Source: a virus
Taxonomy: Duplodnaviria > Caudoviricetes
DNA: 64,000 nt
IMG/VR virus record: IMGVR_UViG_3300031673_000001
Direction: 5' to 3' (one strand)
Under the pieces are notes generated by a model. It did not search any database and was not told the DNA's origin. It saw only the letters and a program-made list of their open reading frames with translations. Made by a program: the position numbers and the translations under genes. Shown one piece after another: positions 1 to 8,808 of the stretch (positions are counted from its first letter, which is position 1; the number at the start of each line of letters is the position of its first letter).

Positions 1-2
1 GT

Positions 3-1487
3 ATCATCAACACTTGGAAAGAAACTATAGCTCAACTACAATTAAAAGATTTCGATCCAACTAAAGTTCAAACAGAAATAGATGTCTTACAAAAAGATTT
101 AGATTCTATTGAACTGCAAAATGAATCTCAAGAAAATCAACTGCTAACTCAAAAAGAACTTAAAATATATGAGTTAAAAAGTAAAGCAGATGAAGCTAAA
201 GAAGATCTCACCATAAGTTACAATAAAATTAAAGACGAATCAGTAGCTGAATGGAGAGAAGGTGAATCCAAAATAAATAAAAAAGTAAAAGAATTAATAG
301 AAGAGAAACATAAACTCGAAGTAGATGTTCAAACATTTAAAACTCAAGTTTTATCATTCAAGCAAAATATTAATAAAATCAATCAAAGCGTATTTGAATC
401 TAAAATATCATCATGCCCAACTTGTCTTCAAAAAATTACTGGTGATGTTAAACAACATCTAAAAGATGAAATTAAAAAATCTGAAGATTCTATTATAAAC
501 TGTGAAGAAAGTATTAAGAAATTTAATGATAGTATTTATGCACTTGGTTTAAAAATTACTGATGAACAACAAAAGTTAAATAATCTCAACATTCAATATG
601 ATATTGAATTAAAAGTATTAAAACAAAATCATGAAGAAAAACTTGAAGAAGTAAATGAAAGAATAAAAACTGTTCTTGAAAAAGTTGAAATAGCTGGAAA
701 AGAACAATTATCTATTCTTCGATCTAATTCACTTATAAAGATCAATCAATTAAATGAATCAATAAAGAAATTGTTATCCAAAAAAATAGAAGTTGAACTT
801 ATTAAACAAGAACTAGAATCATCTAAACAATCTTTACAAATAGCAGAGAACACAAAACAAAATCTTTTGAGAGATATTAGACAAAAAGAAGAAGAAGAAT
901 ATAATGAAACCCAATTGAATGGTTATATCAGTAGAGTTATAGAATATACAAAAGAGATTCAAGCTATTCAAAAATCAATTATATCTGAAAATAGACTATA
1001 TCAAATATATGATTTTTGGAAATCTGCTTATTCACCCACTGGTATTCCATCAACATTAATTGATGAAGCTATTCCATTTATGAATAAAAAAGTATCTGAA
1101 TATTTGGAGGAAATATCAAATGGTCGTTATATTATTTCATTTGATACCCAGGATGCAATCAAGTCAGGAGAAATGAGAGATAAAATTTCAGTTAAAGTTT
1201 TGGATACACATACAAGAGCAAATAAAAGACTTCAGTTATCAGGTGGTCAAACAAGATTAGTTGATATTGCAACAGTATTAACCCTTGGAGATTTACAATC
1301 AAAGAATTTAGGAATAAAAGTAAATCTATTAATATTTGATGAAATCTTTGATAGTTTGGATGCTCAAAATATTGATTATGTATCTAAGGTATTAATAAGA
1401 TTAAAGAAAGGAAAATCAATATATTTAATTTCACATACTCACCAAGACCAACTAGAAGCAGATCAAGTTCTTCAGTTTAAATCATAA
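3..1487 (+). CDS. sbcC: Rad50/SbcC/T4 gp46-like ABC-ATPase (recombination nuclease subunit), 5'-truncated by window edge
   Basis: Frame is open from position 3, well upstream of the track start at 771. Coiled coil with zinc hook CPTC (414-425), signature LSGGQ, Walker B LLIFDE, D-loop SLD, H-loop LISH. Confidence 0.93.
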   Translation: MINTWKETIAQLQLKDFDPTKVQTEIDVLQKDLDSIELQNESQENQLLTQKELKIYELKSKADEAKEDLTISYNKIKDESVAEWREGESKINKKVKELIEEKHKLEVDVQTFKTQVLSFKQNINKINQSVFESKISSCPTCLQKITGDVKQHLKDEIKKSEDSIINCEESIKKFNDSIYALGLKITDEQQKLNNLNIQYDIELKVLKQNHEEKLEEVNERIKTVLEKVEIAGKEQLSILRSNSLIKINQLNESIKKLLSKKIEVELIKQELESSKQSLQIAENTKQNLLRDIRQKEEEEYNETQLNGYISRVIEYTKEIQAIQKSIISENRLYQIYDFWKSAYSPTGIPSTLIDEAIPFMNKKVSEYLEEISNGRYIISFDTQDAIKSGEMRDKISVKVLDTHTRANKRLQLSGGQTRLVDIATVLTLGDLQSKNLGIKVNLLIFDEIFDSLDAQNIDYVSKVLIRLKKGKSIYLISHTHQDQLEADQVLQFKS

Positions 1488-1496
1488 GGAGGTTTA

Positions 1497-2519
1497 ATGA
1501 TAAGAATAGTAAATTGGTTGTTAACTCGTAGATGTAACCTAAATTGTGACTACTGTGCAATTGTAAAAAACTATCCCACCATGCCTTCTGAATATCCTCC
1601 TATGAGTCATTATATAAAAAATGAAATGACCACAGAGCAAGTTATCAAAGGATTAGATCAATTTCAGTTGCACAATCCAGATTGCTTTCATATCTGGTAT
1701 GGCGGCGAGCCAATTTTGAGGAAAGATTTAGCTGATATTATCAACCACTGTAATGAAAATTATATTCACTACACTATCATATCAAATAATACAAATGAAA
1801 TTATTCCATTGATTGAAAACTTATTTGATAACGTTGATCATATTCAAGGATTTACTGCATCTGTTGATCCATCATTTAATGAAAAAGGTAAGTTTGACAG
1901 AATAATAAAAAGCATATCTGGTTTTGAAAATCTTTTAAAACTCAAAGATCGTATTAATGATGTTGTTGCTGAAATAACAGTTATGAAACATAATGTAAAA
2001 TATCTATATGATCTTGTTAAACTATTAACAGAAAATGGGATCAGCAGTGATATAACATTTGTTGATATAGCAAAAAGTCCATTTTATGATTTCTCTAATA
2101 TAAGTGATGAAAACTTATTGGTAGAACAATCTTCAGAATTATCTGATGTATTTGATTCGTTAAATGATAGTGATTTAGATATTCATATGAAAGAAATCTT
2201 ATTACCAAAAATCTGGGAAATTCTACCATCAGAATTAGATTGTGAATTGGAGAAAGATCTTCATAATGTAACCGTTGATGCAGATGGAACGATTAGATTA
2301 TGTTTAAGAATAAGAGGAACTCATGCTCCAAAATTAGTTAAGGTATCAAATTTAATCGACTCAAAAGGTAACATATCATTTATTGCTGAAAAAGCAATTT
2401 CAAAAGATAAAGAAGTTCATTGTCTAGGATGTAACCATACATGCTTATTAATGAGTAAACATATTAATGAAACAGATCAAGGAACAGAAGATTTAATTCA
2501 TCTCGATAGGAGGGTATAA
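1497..2519 (+). CDS. Radical SAM enzyme with C-terminal Cys cluster (SPASM/twitch-like)
   Basis: CxxxCxxC (CNLNCDYC), GGEP motif, C-terminal C..CLGCNHTC; SD AGGAGG upstream. Confidence 0.88.
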   Translation: MIRIVNWLLTRRCNLNCDYCAIVKNYPTMPSEYPPMSHYIKNEMTTEQVIKGLDQFQLHNPDCFHIWYGGEPILRKDLADIINHCNENYIHYTIISNNTNEIIPLIENLFDNVDHIQGFTASVDPSFNEKGKFDRIIKSISGFENLLKLKDRINDVVAEITVMKHNVKYLYDLVKLLTENGISSDITFVDIAKSPFYDFSNISDENLLVEQSSELSDVFDSLNDSDLDIHMKEILLPKIWEILPSELDCELEKDLHNVTVDADGTIRLCLRIRGTHAPKLVKVSNLIDSKGNISFIAEKAISKDKEVHCLGCNHTCLLMSKHINETDQGTEDLIHLDRRV

Positions 2520-2521
2520 AA

Positions 2522-2836
2522 ATGGCAGCAGAAGAGCAGATTAGAAATGCAGTTAAATTTTGGGAAACCATATATGAAGCTGGAGAAGCAACCATTCGAT
2601 TTATTAAAAAGAGTGGAGTTTCAAGAACTATGAAATGTACCTTAGATTTTGAAAAAATTCCACAGAAACATCATCCTAAAAGTGTTAATATGCCAAAGAT
2701 ATTAAAGTTGATGCAAAAGAGTGGAATAATTCATGTCTATGATTTAGATAAAGGTGACTGGAGATCAGTTCCATTTGCAACTGTTGATTGGTTAGAAACT
2801 TCTGATCAGAGATATAAAATTTCACCTATAAAATAG
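2522..2836 (+). CDS. Small phage protein, WYL_2/DUF2693-like Sm/SH3 fold
   Basis: Pattern IRFIKKSG..RTM.CTL ... VYDLDKGDWRSV resembles the WYL_2/DUF2693 family. Confidence 0.55.
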   Translation: MAAEEQIRNAVKFWETIYEAGEATIRFIKKSGVSRTMKCTLDFEKIPQKHHPKSVNMPKILKLMQKSGIIHVYDLDKGDWRSVPFATVDWLETSDQRYKISPIK

Positions 2837-2844
2837 GAGCAATT

Positions 2845-3222
2845 ATGGATATTATAGATCAACTTTTAAAAGATATCCCATCAAGTGATATTACAGTACT
2901 GATAAAGGAATTTTGCACAAAAATATGGGAAGAAGAAAGCACAAAAGTAAAATATCCTCAAGTACTGCCAAGTGGAGCAAATATATTTCTTGCATTAGAA
3001 GTTCCTGCTAAAAATAAAGGACACATCTCATTTTTAACATTAGAAAGAGATCCAATGGATGAATATATTTCTAATTACTATTCAATAAAAATAATTGATA
3101 TTCAAGGTGCGGATTTACCCCAGATGCCACGAAGACATCAATCTCATAAACTTGAGGGAAGATCAGCAAAAAAAATAATAACTGAATTTGCAAAACTTAT
3201 AAAATTCTATAGAGGGGAATAA
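2845..3222 (+). CDS. Hypothetical protein
   Basis: 125-aa ORF with AGGAG SD, tightly packed in the operon; no motif recognised. Confidence 0.7.
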   Translation: MDIIDQLLKDIPSSDITVLIKEFCTKIWEEESTKVKYPQVLPSGANIFLALEVPAKNKGHISFLTLERDPMDEYISNYYSIKIIDIQGADLPQMPRRHQSHKLEGRSAKKIITEFAKLIKFYRGE

Positions 3223-3225
3223 CAA

Positions 3226-5886
3226 ATGCAATTGGGAATGAAAGATCTTTATGAAGATTATGATATTAGAATAAATAAACGTTATACATCTCTATTAATT
3301 TCGCATCAACCAACTGATTTATCAGCACAGGATCATACTGAAGCATTACCAACTAAACGAATAAAAGTATTACCAACAGATGAATATCTTAAAAAATATT
3401 CATTATTATCAGAAAAAACTTCAACGATTCTTCCTCCTGGTTGTAGATATATTGAAACGCTTAAAAATGGAGGAAGAATATATGTTATTGAAGAACCACC
3501 CCAATTTAGAACAGTAGCAATGTCATTAAACTTTGATCTTATGTATGAAGAAATTAAATCAAAAGGATTACTAGAAGAATATGATATTAAAGGTTGGTTA
3601 GAGAGCAATGTTACACAAACTTCATCAACTAACAGATACTATAAATTAAATCTTGCATTTCCATATGTTGTATTTGTCATTTATATTAATGAAAAAGCAA
3701 ATGTCGAAGTTGGTTATTCTTTTATTAGAACTAGTCAAATGATAGGATTATCTGATTATCTTTTAAAAATGCCAATGTCAAATATTGCAGAAAGTCAGGC
3801 AATATGTTTTGGTGATAGACTTAATTCAGAATCATATAACACAGATCATGAAGCTGTTAGATCAACTATTGATATATTTTGGACAAGTATCTTTAATACA
3901 GACTACACATATAACATCAATGCATATAAAAACGTTGTAGGAATATCAAATTTTTTAGAATGGCAATATCTATCAAGAAAAGATCCAATGTTTGTATATG
4001 TCGCTGACTGGGTTAGATATAATCACAATATCTTTGAACTTATTAATATTATAAAAGAAAGAAGAACCAGCAGATCAAATAATAATGGTAATTCAGATAC
4101 TTATACTACATTTTTAAAAACCTTTACAAAACCCGCAATCATTGGAGAAATTCAAACTGGAAAAATTAATAAAAGAGTTGATCAGCTTTATTATGACATC
4201 ACTACTGGTTTTTATATAACTGATATACTTAAATTAGAAATTGGAGATTCTTTTGAAAATGTAAATAAAACAAAGAAATATTTCGTTATTTCATTTATTG
4301 GCATTAGAGGAGACGATCCTAAAATAATAAGAATTTCATATAATGAAAAAGTATTTAATTTTACACTAAATAGAAAATCTATTCAATATTTAAAAGAAAG
4401 AATTGAAGAACAGCGATTTATTAAAACTATTGATCTTAATGGATTCATTATTAAATCCGGTGATATTATTAAATATATAGATATCACTGGGTCAGAAGTA
4501 TGTAAAAAAATTTACTATATTAGAAAATGTATAGATGGTCGACCAGAGATAAGAATGGGAAATAGATATTATTTAGCTAACAATCTTCCAAAAGGATTAG
4601 AAAAAGTAGATACAGATAATTTAAGCATATATGATATGAATTTGAAAATAGGGGATGAATATTTATACAGTCATTCTAATGCAAGTGATTCTCCTATTAT
4701 CAAACAAATAGAAAGATGTATATTTGATAGTATTGATGTTGCATCAAATAATGACTTGATGTTTAAATTTAAGTCTATGGATCCTCAAAGACAAAATGCC
4801 GACTTAGCAGTATATAGTAATAATACTTCAAACAATCGTCGCAATAGAAGAATATATCCAAAACTTGATTATACAGCAATATGTCAAAATTCTAAAGCAA
4901 CTTCAGTTGGTCGAAGTATTATGGAATTTATAGAGTTTGATGATAATGGAAGCACAATTCCATCCATAGTCTATAAAACACCTACTCACTATAATATTAA
5001 TGTTAATGCACTTTGTGAAAAATCTAAATCAGAAAATATTAAAAATCTCATTAAGAATGATACCACATTTGAAATAGATACCCACTCTGGCATTGTTAAA
5101 TTTGAAGTTGGTGATCTAGTTGTAGTTGCAAATTGGACAAACCCTTTAAGTGTTCTAGATATTAAAAGAATTGAAGCATTTAAAATAGAAGAGAAAGTAA
5201 AAACCATTAACATATCATTTATATTAGCAAATAAACTAGGAAATCTATCTGAAGAATTATTTGTAACTGGTTCTAATGTTCGTATTGGATATATCAGAAA
5301 AATTACAACTAAATTTCAACAGGTATCTGCTGGAATGAAGATTAAAGCAGAAAAAGGAAGAATATCAAATTTTCCAAAAAAAGATTACAATATTATTGTT
5401 GGTATTATTACTGACGGTCCGCAACCATTAGTATTATGTTCAAATGGTTGTACTTTATGGTATGAAGATGTTATAGAAAATTTCAAACTAATTCCAATAA
5501 ACTCTATACTATGGAAGAGCAATGATCATGTTGAATTTGATCTAAAGAAAATTAAACTTCAATCGGGAGATATTGCTATTCCTAATTATTATGGTAATGT
5601 TAATGATCCAGGACTCTTGATGGTTCAAAGTCAAATGAAAAGAGCTTTGAGATATCATCCATTAGACTCGTATTCAAGAAGGTATGATAGTTATAGCGCT
5701 AATTCTGATATGTCGCTTCATAAAGACTGTACATTACATTGTATACCAAATCCAAGAGTTTCAAAATCCGAGCAAGATAAAAATGGTTTTATTAGAGCAG
5801 TTCCTAATTTTCATGGAGGTTTTTATCTAAGTGAAAACTCACACTTTCTATATGTAAATGACTCAAGGAGCTTAATTAATGTTTAA
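3226..5886 (+). CDS. Prokaryotic E2 family D (PRTRC protein B-like) domain fused to tandem SH3/KOW-like repeats
   Basis: N-terminal LPPG..IEEPP..RTV / LAFPYVVF / MPMSNIAESQAICFG / FWTSIFN pattern of Prok-E2_D; six C-terminal modules starting LEIGDSF, IKSGDII, LKIGDEY, FEVGDLV, VSAGMKI, LQSGDIA. Confidence 0.72.
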   Translation: MQLGMKDLYEDYDIRINKRYTSLLISHQPTDLSAQDHTEALPTKRIKVLPTDEYLKKYSLLSEKTSTILPPGCRYIETLKNGGRIYVIEEPPQFRTVAMSLNFDLMYEEIKSKGLLEEYDIKGWLESNVTQTSSTNRYYKLNLAFPYVVFVIYINEKANVEVGYSFIRTSQMIGLSDYLLKMPMSNIAESQAICFGDRLNSESYNTDHEAVRSTIDIFWTSIFNTDYTYNINAYKNVVGISNFLEWQYLSRKDPMFVYVADWVRYNHNIFELINIIKERRTSRSNNNGNSDTYTTFLKTFTKPAIIGEIQTGKINKRVDQLYYDITTGFYITDILKLEIGDSFENVNKTKKYFVISFIGIRGDDPKIIRISYNEKVFNFTLNRKSIQYLKERIEEQRFIKTIDLNGFIIKSGDIIKYIDITGSEVCKKIYYIRKCIDGRPEIRMGNRYYLANNLPKGLEKVDTDNLSIYDMNLKIGDEYLYSHSNASDSPIIKQIERCIFDSIDVASNNDLMFKFKSMDPQRQNADLAVYSNNTSNNRRNRRIYPKLDYTAICQNSKATSVGRSIMEFIEFDDNGSTIPSIVYKTPTHYNINVNALCEKSKSENIKNLIKNDTTFEIDTHSGIVKFEVGDLVVVANWTNPLSVLDIKRIEAFKIEEKVKTINISFILANKLGNLSEELFVTGSNVRIGYIRKITTKFQQVSAGMKIKAEKGRISNFPKKDYNIIVGIITDGPQPLVLCSNGCTLWYEDVIENFKLIPINSILWKSNDHVEFDLKKIKLQSGDIAIPNYYGNVNDPGLLMVQSQMKRALRYHPLDSYSRRYDSYSANSDMSLHKDCTLHCIPNPRVSKSEQDKNGFIRAVPNFHGGFYLSENSHFLYVNDSRSLINV

Positions 5887-7537
5887 AATAGTAGTTGCCG
5901 ATGGAAAACAAGAACTACCAGATGATGATATTTATTATATAGTTGCAAAAGAAGGTATTTTTATAAAAAAGAAATTGGGCATTATGGATAGTGTATCACC
6001 AGTTAAAAATATTTCAATATTAAAAAGTGTTCAAGCAACAGCAAAGATGAATATTGAAAAAATACCATCAATATCTATAGCTAAGGTTTCTAATTTCTTT
6101 AGAGCTGTTCAAAAAGAACATAGATCAGAAGCAATTGTATTATTATTTTATAATGAAAAAACTAAAAAATATAAGTTATTTCCGCCAGCACAAAAAGTGA
6201 GTCCTGCATCAATTGAATATAATAGGGCAGTTGTTATAGATGGTTGGACCATGATTGGTGATATTCATAGTCATAGTTCAATGTCTGCATTTCATTCAGG
6301 AACAGATCAAGGAGATGAGGAGTCTTTCGATGGATTACATATTACATTTGGAAATATGAACTCTGATTTAATAAGTATCTCCGCCTCAATTGTTTCAAAT
6401 GGTAACAGAGTAATAGTTAAACCAGAAGAATATATGAAAGGTATAGAATTAAAAGAAGAGATTGATGAAGTTGAGCAAATTCCTACCACAAGAGTTTATA
6501 GGTGGATCAATGGAAAAATGGTTGAAACAACTCCAAAATTTACAACCGCAGGATTTAAAACCTATCGTAAATATGATAAACGATACAAGGTAGTAAGTGA
6601 GAATGCTATTAAAGCTCAAGTTCCACCCTCATGGTTAGATGCTATTGAAGAACATGAAGTTCGTCATATTTATGGTAATTTTAATCAGTCATTCATAAAT
6701 TGGCCAGAGCATTATAGACATGGATATCCTCAATTTAATCGCGGACCTTGGGCTCCTCGTATTAAAAATGGATGGAATAGAAATTTTGATCCAGATGTTT
6801 GGAGTAGAGAATCTATTAAAGTTCCACCTCAAAATGTTGGAGTTAAAACTAAACCTATTACATTTCCTCCGCATGACCAAGGTCCACTTATTACTGATAT
6901 AACTACTCCTACCAAACCAACTCCTTGTGAATCCTGTGCATTCAAGGAAAGAGCAATTGAATATGTTGCTAAAATAATGGTAGAGAAAAATCAAGGATCC
7001 ATTGAAGAACAGGAAGATGATATATTTGATAAAGAGTCATATGAATGTGAGAAGTGTAATCTAATTGTATCATTTTATTATGATGACTGTGGAGAAATTA
7101 AAGATGATATTATATGTCCATCATGTAAATCAGATGAGCATTTAACCCTACTTGATATAGGATTAAAGGATAAAGATGAAGATGAAGATGATGATCCCTA
7201 TAATTTTGATGACTATCTTTCTGATTTAAAACAAGATTATAAAATCAATTGTAAAACTTGTGGAAGTCAGTTTGATTTATCAATGACAAAAAAAGATGAT
7301 AATGGAGTATCATGTCCATTCTGTGGAAAATTATTATCTACAGAAACAGAAAGCGATCTATTAGATTTAGATGGAGTTAATATAAAGAATATAAGCGAAG
7401 AAGAAATTTCTAATTATAAAGCAGCAAAAGAAAATCCAAATCCATCTAATATAATACCAGATCCTTCTAAACAAATGGTAGCAGACAGTATAAACTCACT
7501 TAAACAATTATTTGAAAAATTTAGGGGAAATAGATGA
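5879..7537 (+). CDS. JAB/JAMM (MPN+) metallo-isopeptidase, PRTRC protein A-like, with C-terminal zinc ribbons and acidic tail
   Basis: E...HxHx7Sx2D motif (SEAIV...IHSHSSMSAFHSGTD); CEKC/CPSC and CKTC/CPFC pairs; D/E-rich stretch. Confidence 0.9.
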   Translation: MFKIVVADGKQELPDDDIYYIVAKEGIFIKKKLGIMDSVSPVKNISILKSVQATAKMNIEKIPSISIAKVSNFFRAVQKEHRSEAIVLLFYNEKTKKYKLFPPAQKVSPASIEYNRAVVIDGWTMIGDIHSHSSMSAFHSGTDQGDEESFDGLHITFGNMNSDLISISASIVSNGNRVIVKPEEYMKGIELKEEIDEVEQIPTTRVYRWINGKMVETTPKFTTAGFKTYRKYDKRYKVVSENAIKAQVPPSWLDAIEEHEVRHIYGNFNQSFINWPEHYRHGYPQFNRGPWAPRIKNGWNRNFDPDVWSRESIKVPPQNVGVKTKPITFPPHDQGPLITDITTPTKPTPCESCAFKERAIEYVAKIMVEKNQGSIEEQEDDIFDKESYECEKCNLIVSFYYDDCGEIKDDIICPSCKSDEHLTLLDIGLKDKDEDEDDDPYNFDDYLSDLKQDYKINCKTCGSQFDLSMTKKDDNGVSCPFCGKLLSTETESDLLDLDGVNIKNISEEEISNYKAAKENPNPSNIIPDPSKQMVADSINSLKQLFEKFRGNR

Positions 7538-8220
7538 AAGAATTATCCATTAAAATCATTGGGTTGGGTGGCGTTGGTTCAGTATTATGTGAAAAGATAG
7601 CAAGATTTTTAAATTACGCCACAGATATTAACGCAAAGTTGACATTAGTAGATGGTGATTCGTATGAAAGTAAAAATTATCAAAGACAAGAATTTACACA
7701 GATGGGAAATAAATCTAGGATTAAAGGTGGAGATTTAGAAAATAAGTTTCCAAATATAGATTTAGATTATTATCCTGCATATATAAATAATGTAAATATT
7801 AATGAAGTCATAAAGTCAGACGATATTGTATTTCTATGTGTTGATAATCATAAAACTAGAATGATCACATCTAAATACTGTAATATGTTAAGCAATATTA
7901 CTTTGATATCTGGTGGAAATGAATTTACGGATGGTAATGTACAAATTTATGTCAGGAAAGGGGGGAAAGATTTAACACCTGATCTCTGTTCTTATCATCC
8001 AGAAATTGCAAATCCCGCAGATAAATTACCAGAGGAAATGAGTTGTGAAGAATTAGCAAATTCAGATCCTCAACTCTACTTCACCAATGTGTGGGTAGCT
8101 ACACTTATGTGTGCAGCATTTTATAATGTAGTTATAAAAAATAACATTGGACCATCTGAAATTTATTTTGATATGACACAGATGTCCGCTATTGCGAAAA
8201 TAAGAGCTCTTAAACAATAA
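7534..8220 (+). CDS. E1/ThiF-family ubiquitin-like activating enzyme
   Basis: GLGGVG nucleotide loop, LVDGD, NYQRQ, GNK, CVDN..R, and a putative catalytic Cys in MSCEE followed by QLYFTN. Confidence 0.92.
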   Translation: MKELSIKIIGLGGVGSVLCEKIARFLNYATDINAKLTLVDGDSYESKNYQRQEFTQMGNKSRIKGGDLENKFPNIDLDYYPAYINNVNINEVIKSDDIVFLCVDNHKTRMITSKYCNMLSNITLISGGNEFTDGNVQIYVRKGGKDLTPDLCSYHPEIANPADKLPEEMSCEELANSDPQLYFTNVWVATLMCAAFYNVVIKNNIGPSEIYFDMTQMSAIAKIRALKQ

Positions 8221-8250
8221 CTGTAAAACAAAGCAAGGAGAATTAAAATC

Positions 8251-8742
8251 ATGGCAAGCGAATATACTTATGAAAATCTGGATAAAATGACCGTCCCCGA
8301 ACTTCGACGTCTATGTGTTGATAAACTTGGAATTCCAGGTATGACCAAAAAACGCAAAGATATTATCATTAAAGCTATTATAAAGCTTCAAGGAAGTTCA
8401 TCCAAACCCTCAGTAGCACCTACTGCAGTAGCTACTGCACCAAAACAAGAAGGTCCATTAACTGAATTAGGTTTTTCTGGACATAGTGTTTTAGATAAAC
8501 CCTATGCATCATTTGGTAATAAAATGAAAACCACAATTCAGGTAACTTGTGGTGCTAGTTCAGGAGCTTTTCCTGTTGAAGGAAAAAGTGTATCTGAAGT
8601 TGGTGAGTTCCTGCGGGAAGTTCTGAATGTGGATAAACTGTCCACAGGTCTGGTCAATGGAAAAGAAATCCCTGGAAGTTATATACTGAAAAACGGAGAT
8701 AGTTTGGAATTTATGAAACCTGCTGGTCGTAAAGGTCGTTAA
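8251..8742 (+). CDS. Rho-N/HeH-like domain fused to a ubiquitin-like (beta-grasp) domain
   Basis: N-term LDKMTVPELRRLC..LGIPGMTKKRKDIIIKAI (Rho_N pattern); Ser/Pro/Ala linker; C-term LVNG...YILKNGDSLEF.KPAGRKGR* (ThiS/Prok_Ub-like ending). Confidence 0.82.
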   Translation: MASEYTYENLDKMTVPELRRLCVDKLGIPGMTKKRKDIIIKAIIKLQGSSSKPSVAPTAVATAPKQEGPLTELGFSGHSVLDKPYASFGNKMKTTIQVTCGASSGAFPVEGKSVSEVGEFLREVLNVDKLSTGLVNGKEIPGSYILKNGDSLEFMKPAGRKGR

Positions 8743-8753
8743 TTGTGCTCCGA

Positions 8754-8781
8754 GGATGGGGATTCTATTGGATCCCCATCC
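8754..8781 (+). terminator. Perfect 10-bp hairpin after the Ubl gene (partial terminator or RNA processing/stability element)
   Basis: GGATGGGGAT-tctattgg-ATCCCCATCC; only a weak U-tract follows. Confidence 0.55.
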
Positions 8782-8808
8782 AATTCTTCAGAAAGGAGAT
8801 CTTAATCT

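Noticed and set aside
1497-2519. QueE (CDG synthase) assignment to complete a 7-deazaguanine pathway with FolE2
   Set aside because: It lacks the QueE-type GCNLxCxxCDT context, is longer, and has a C-terminal Cys cluster; only a generic radical SAM call is supported.
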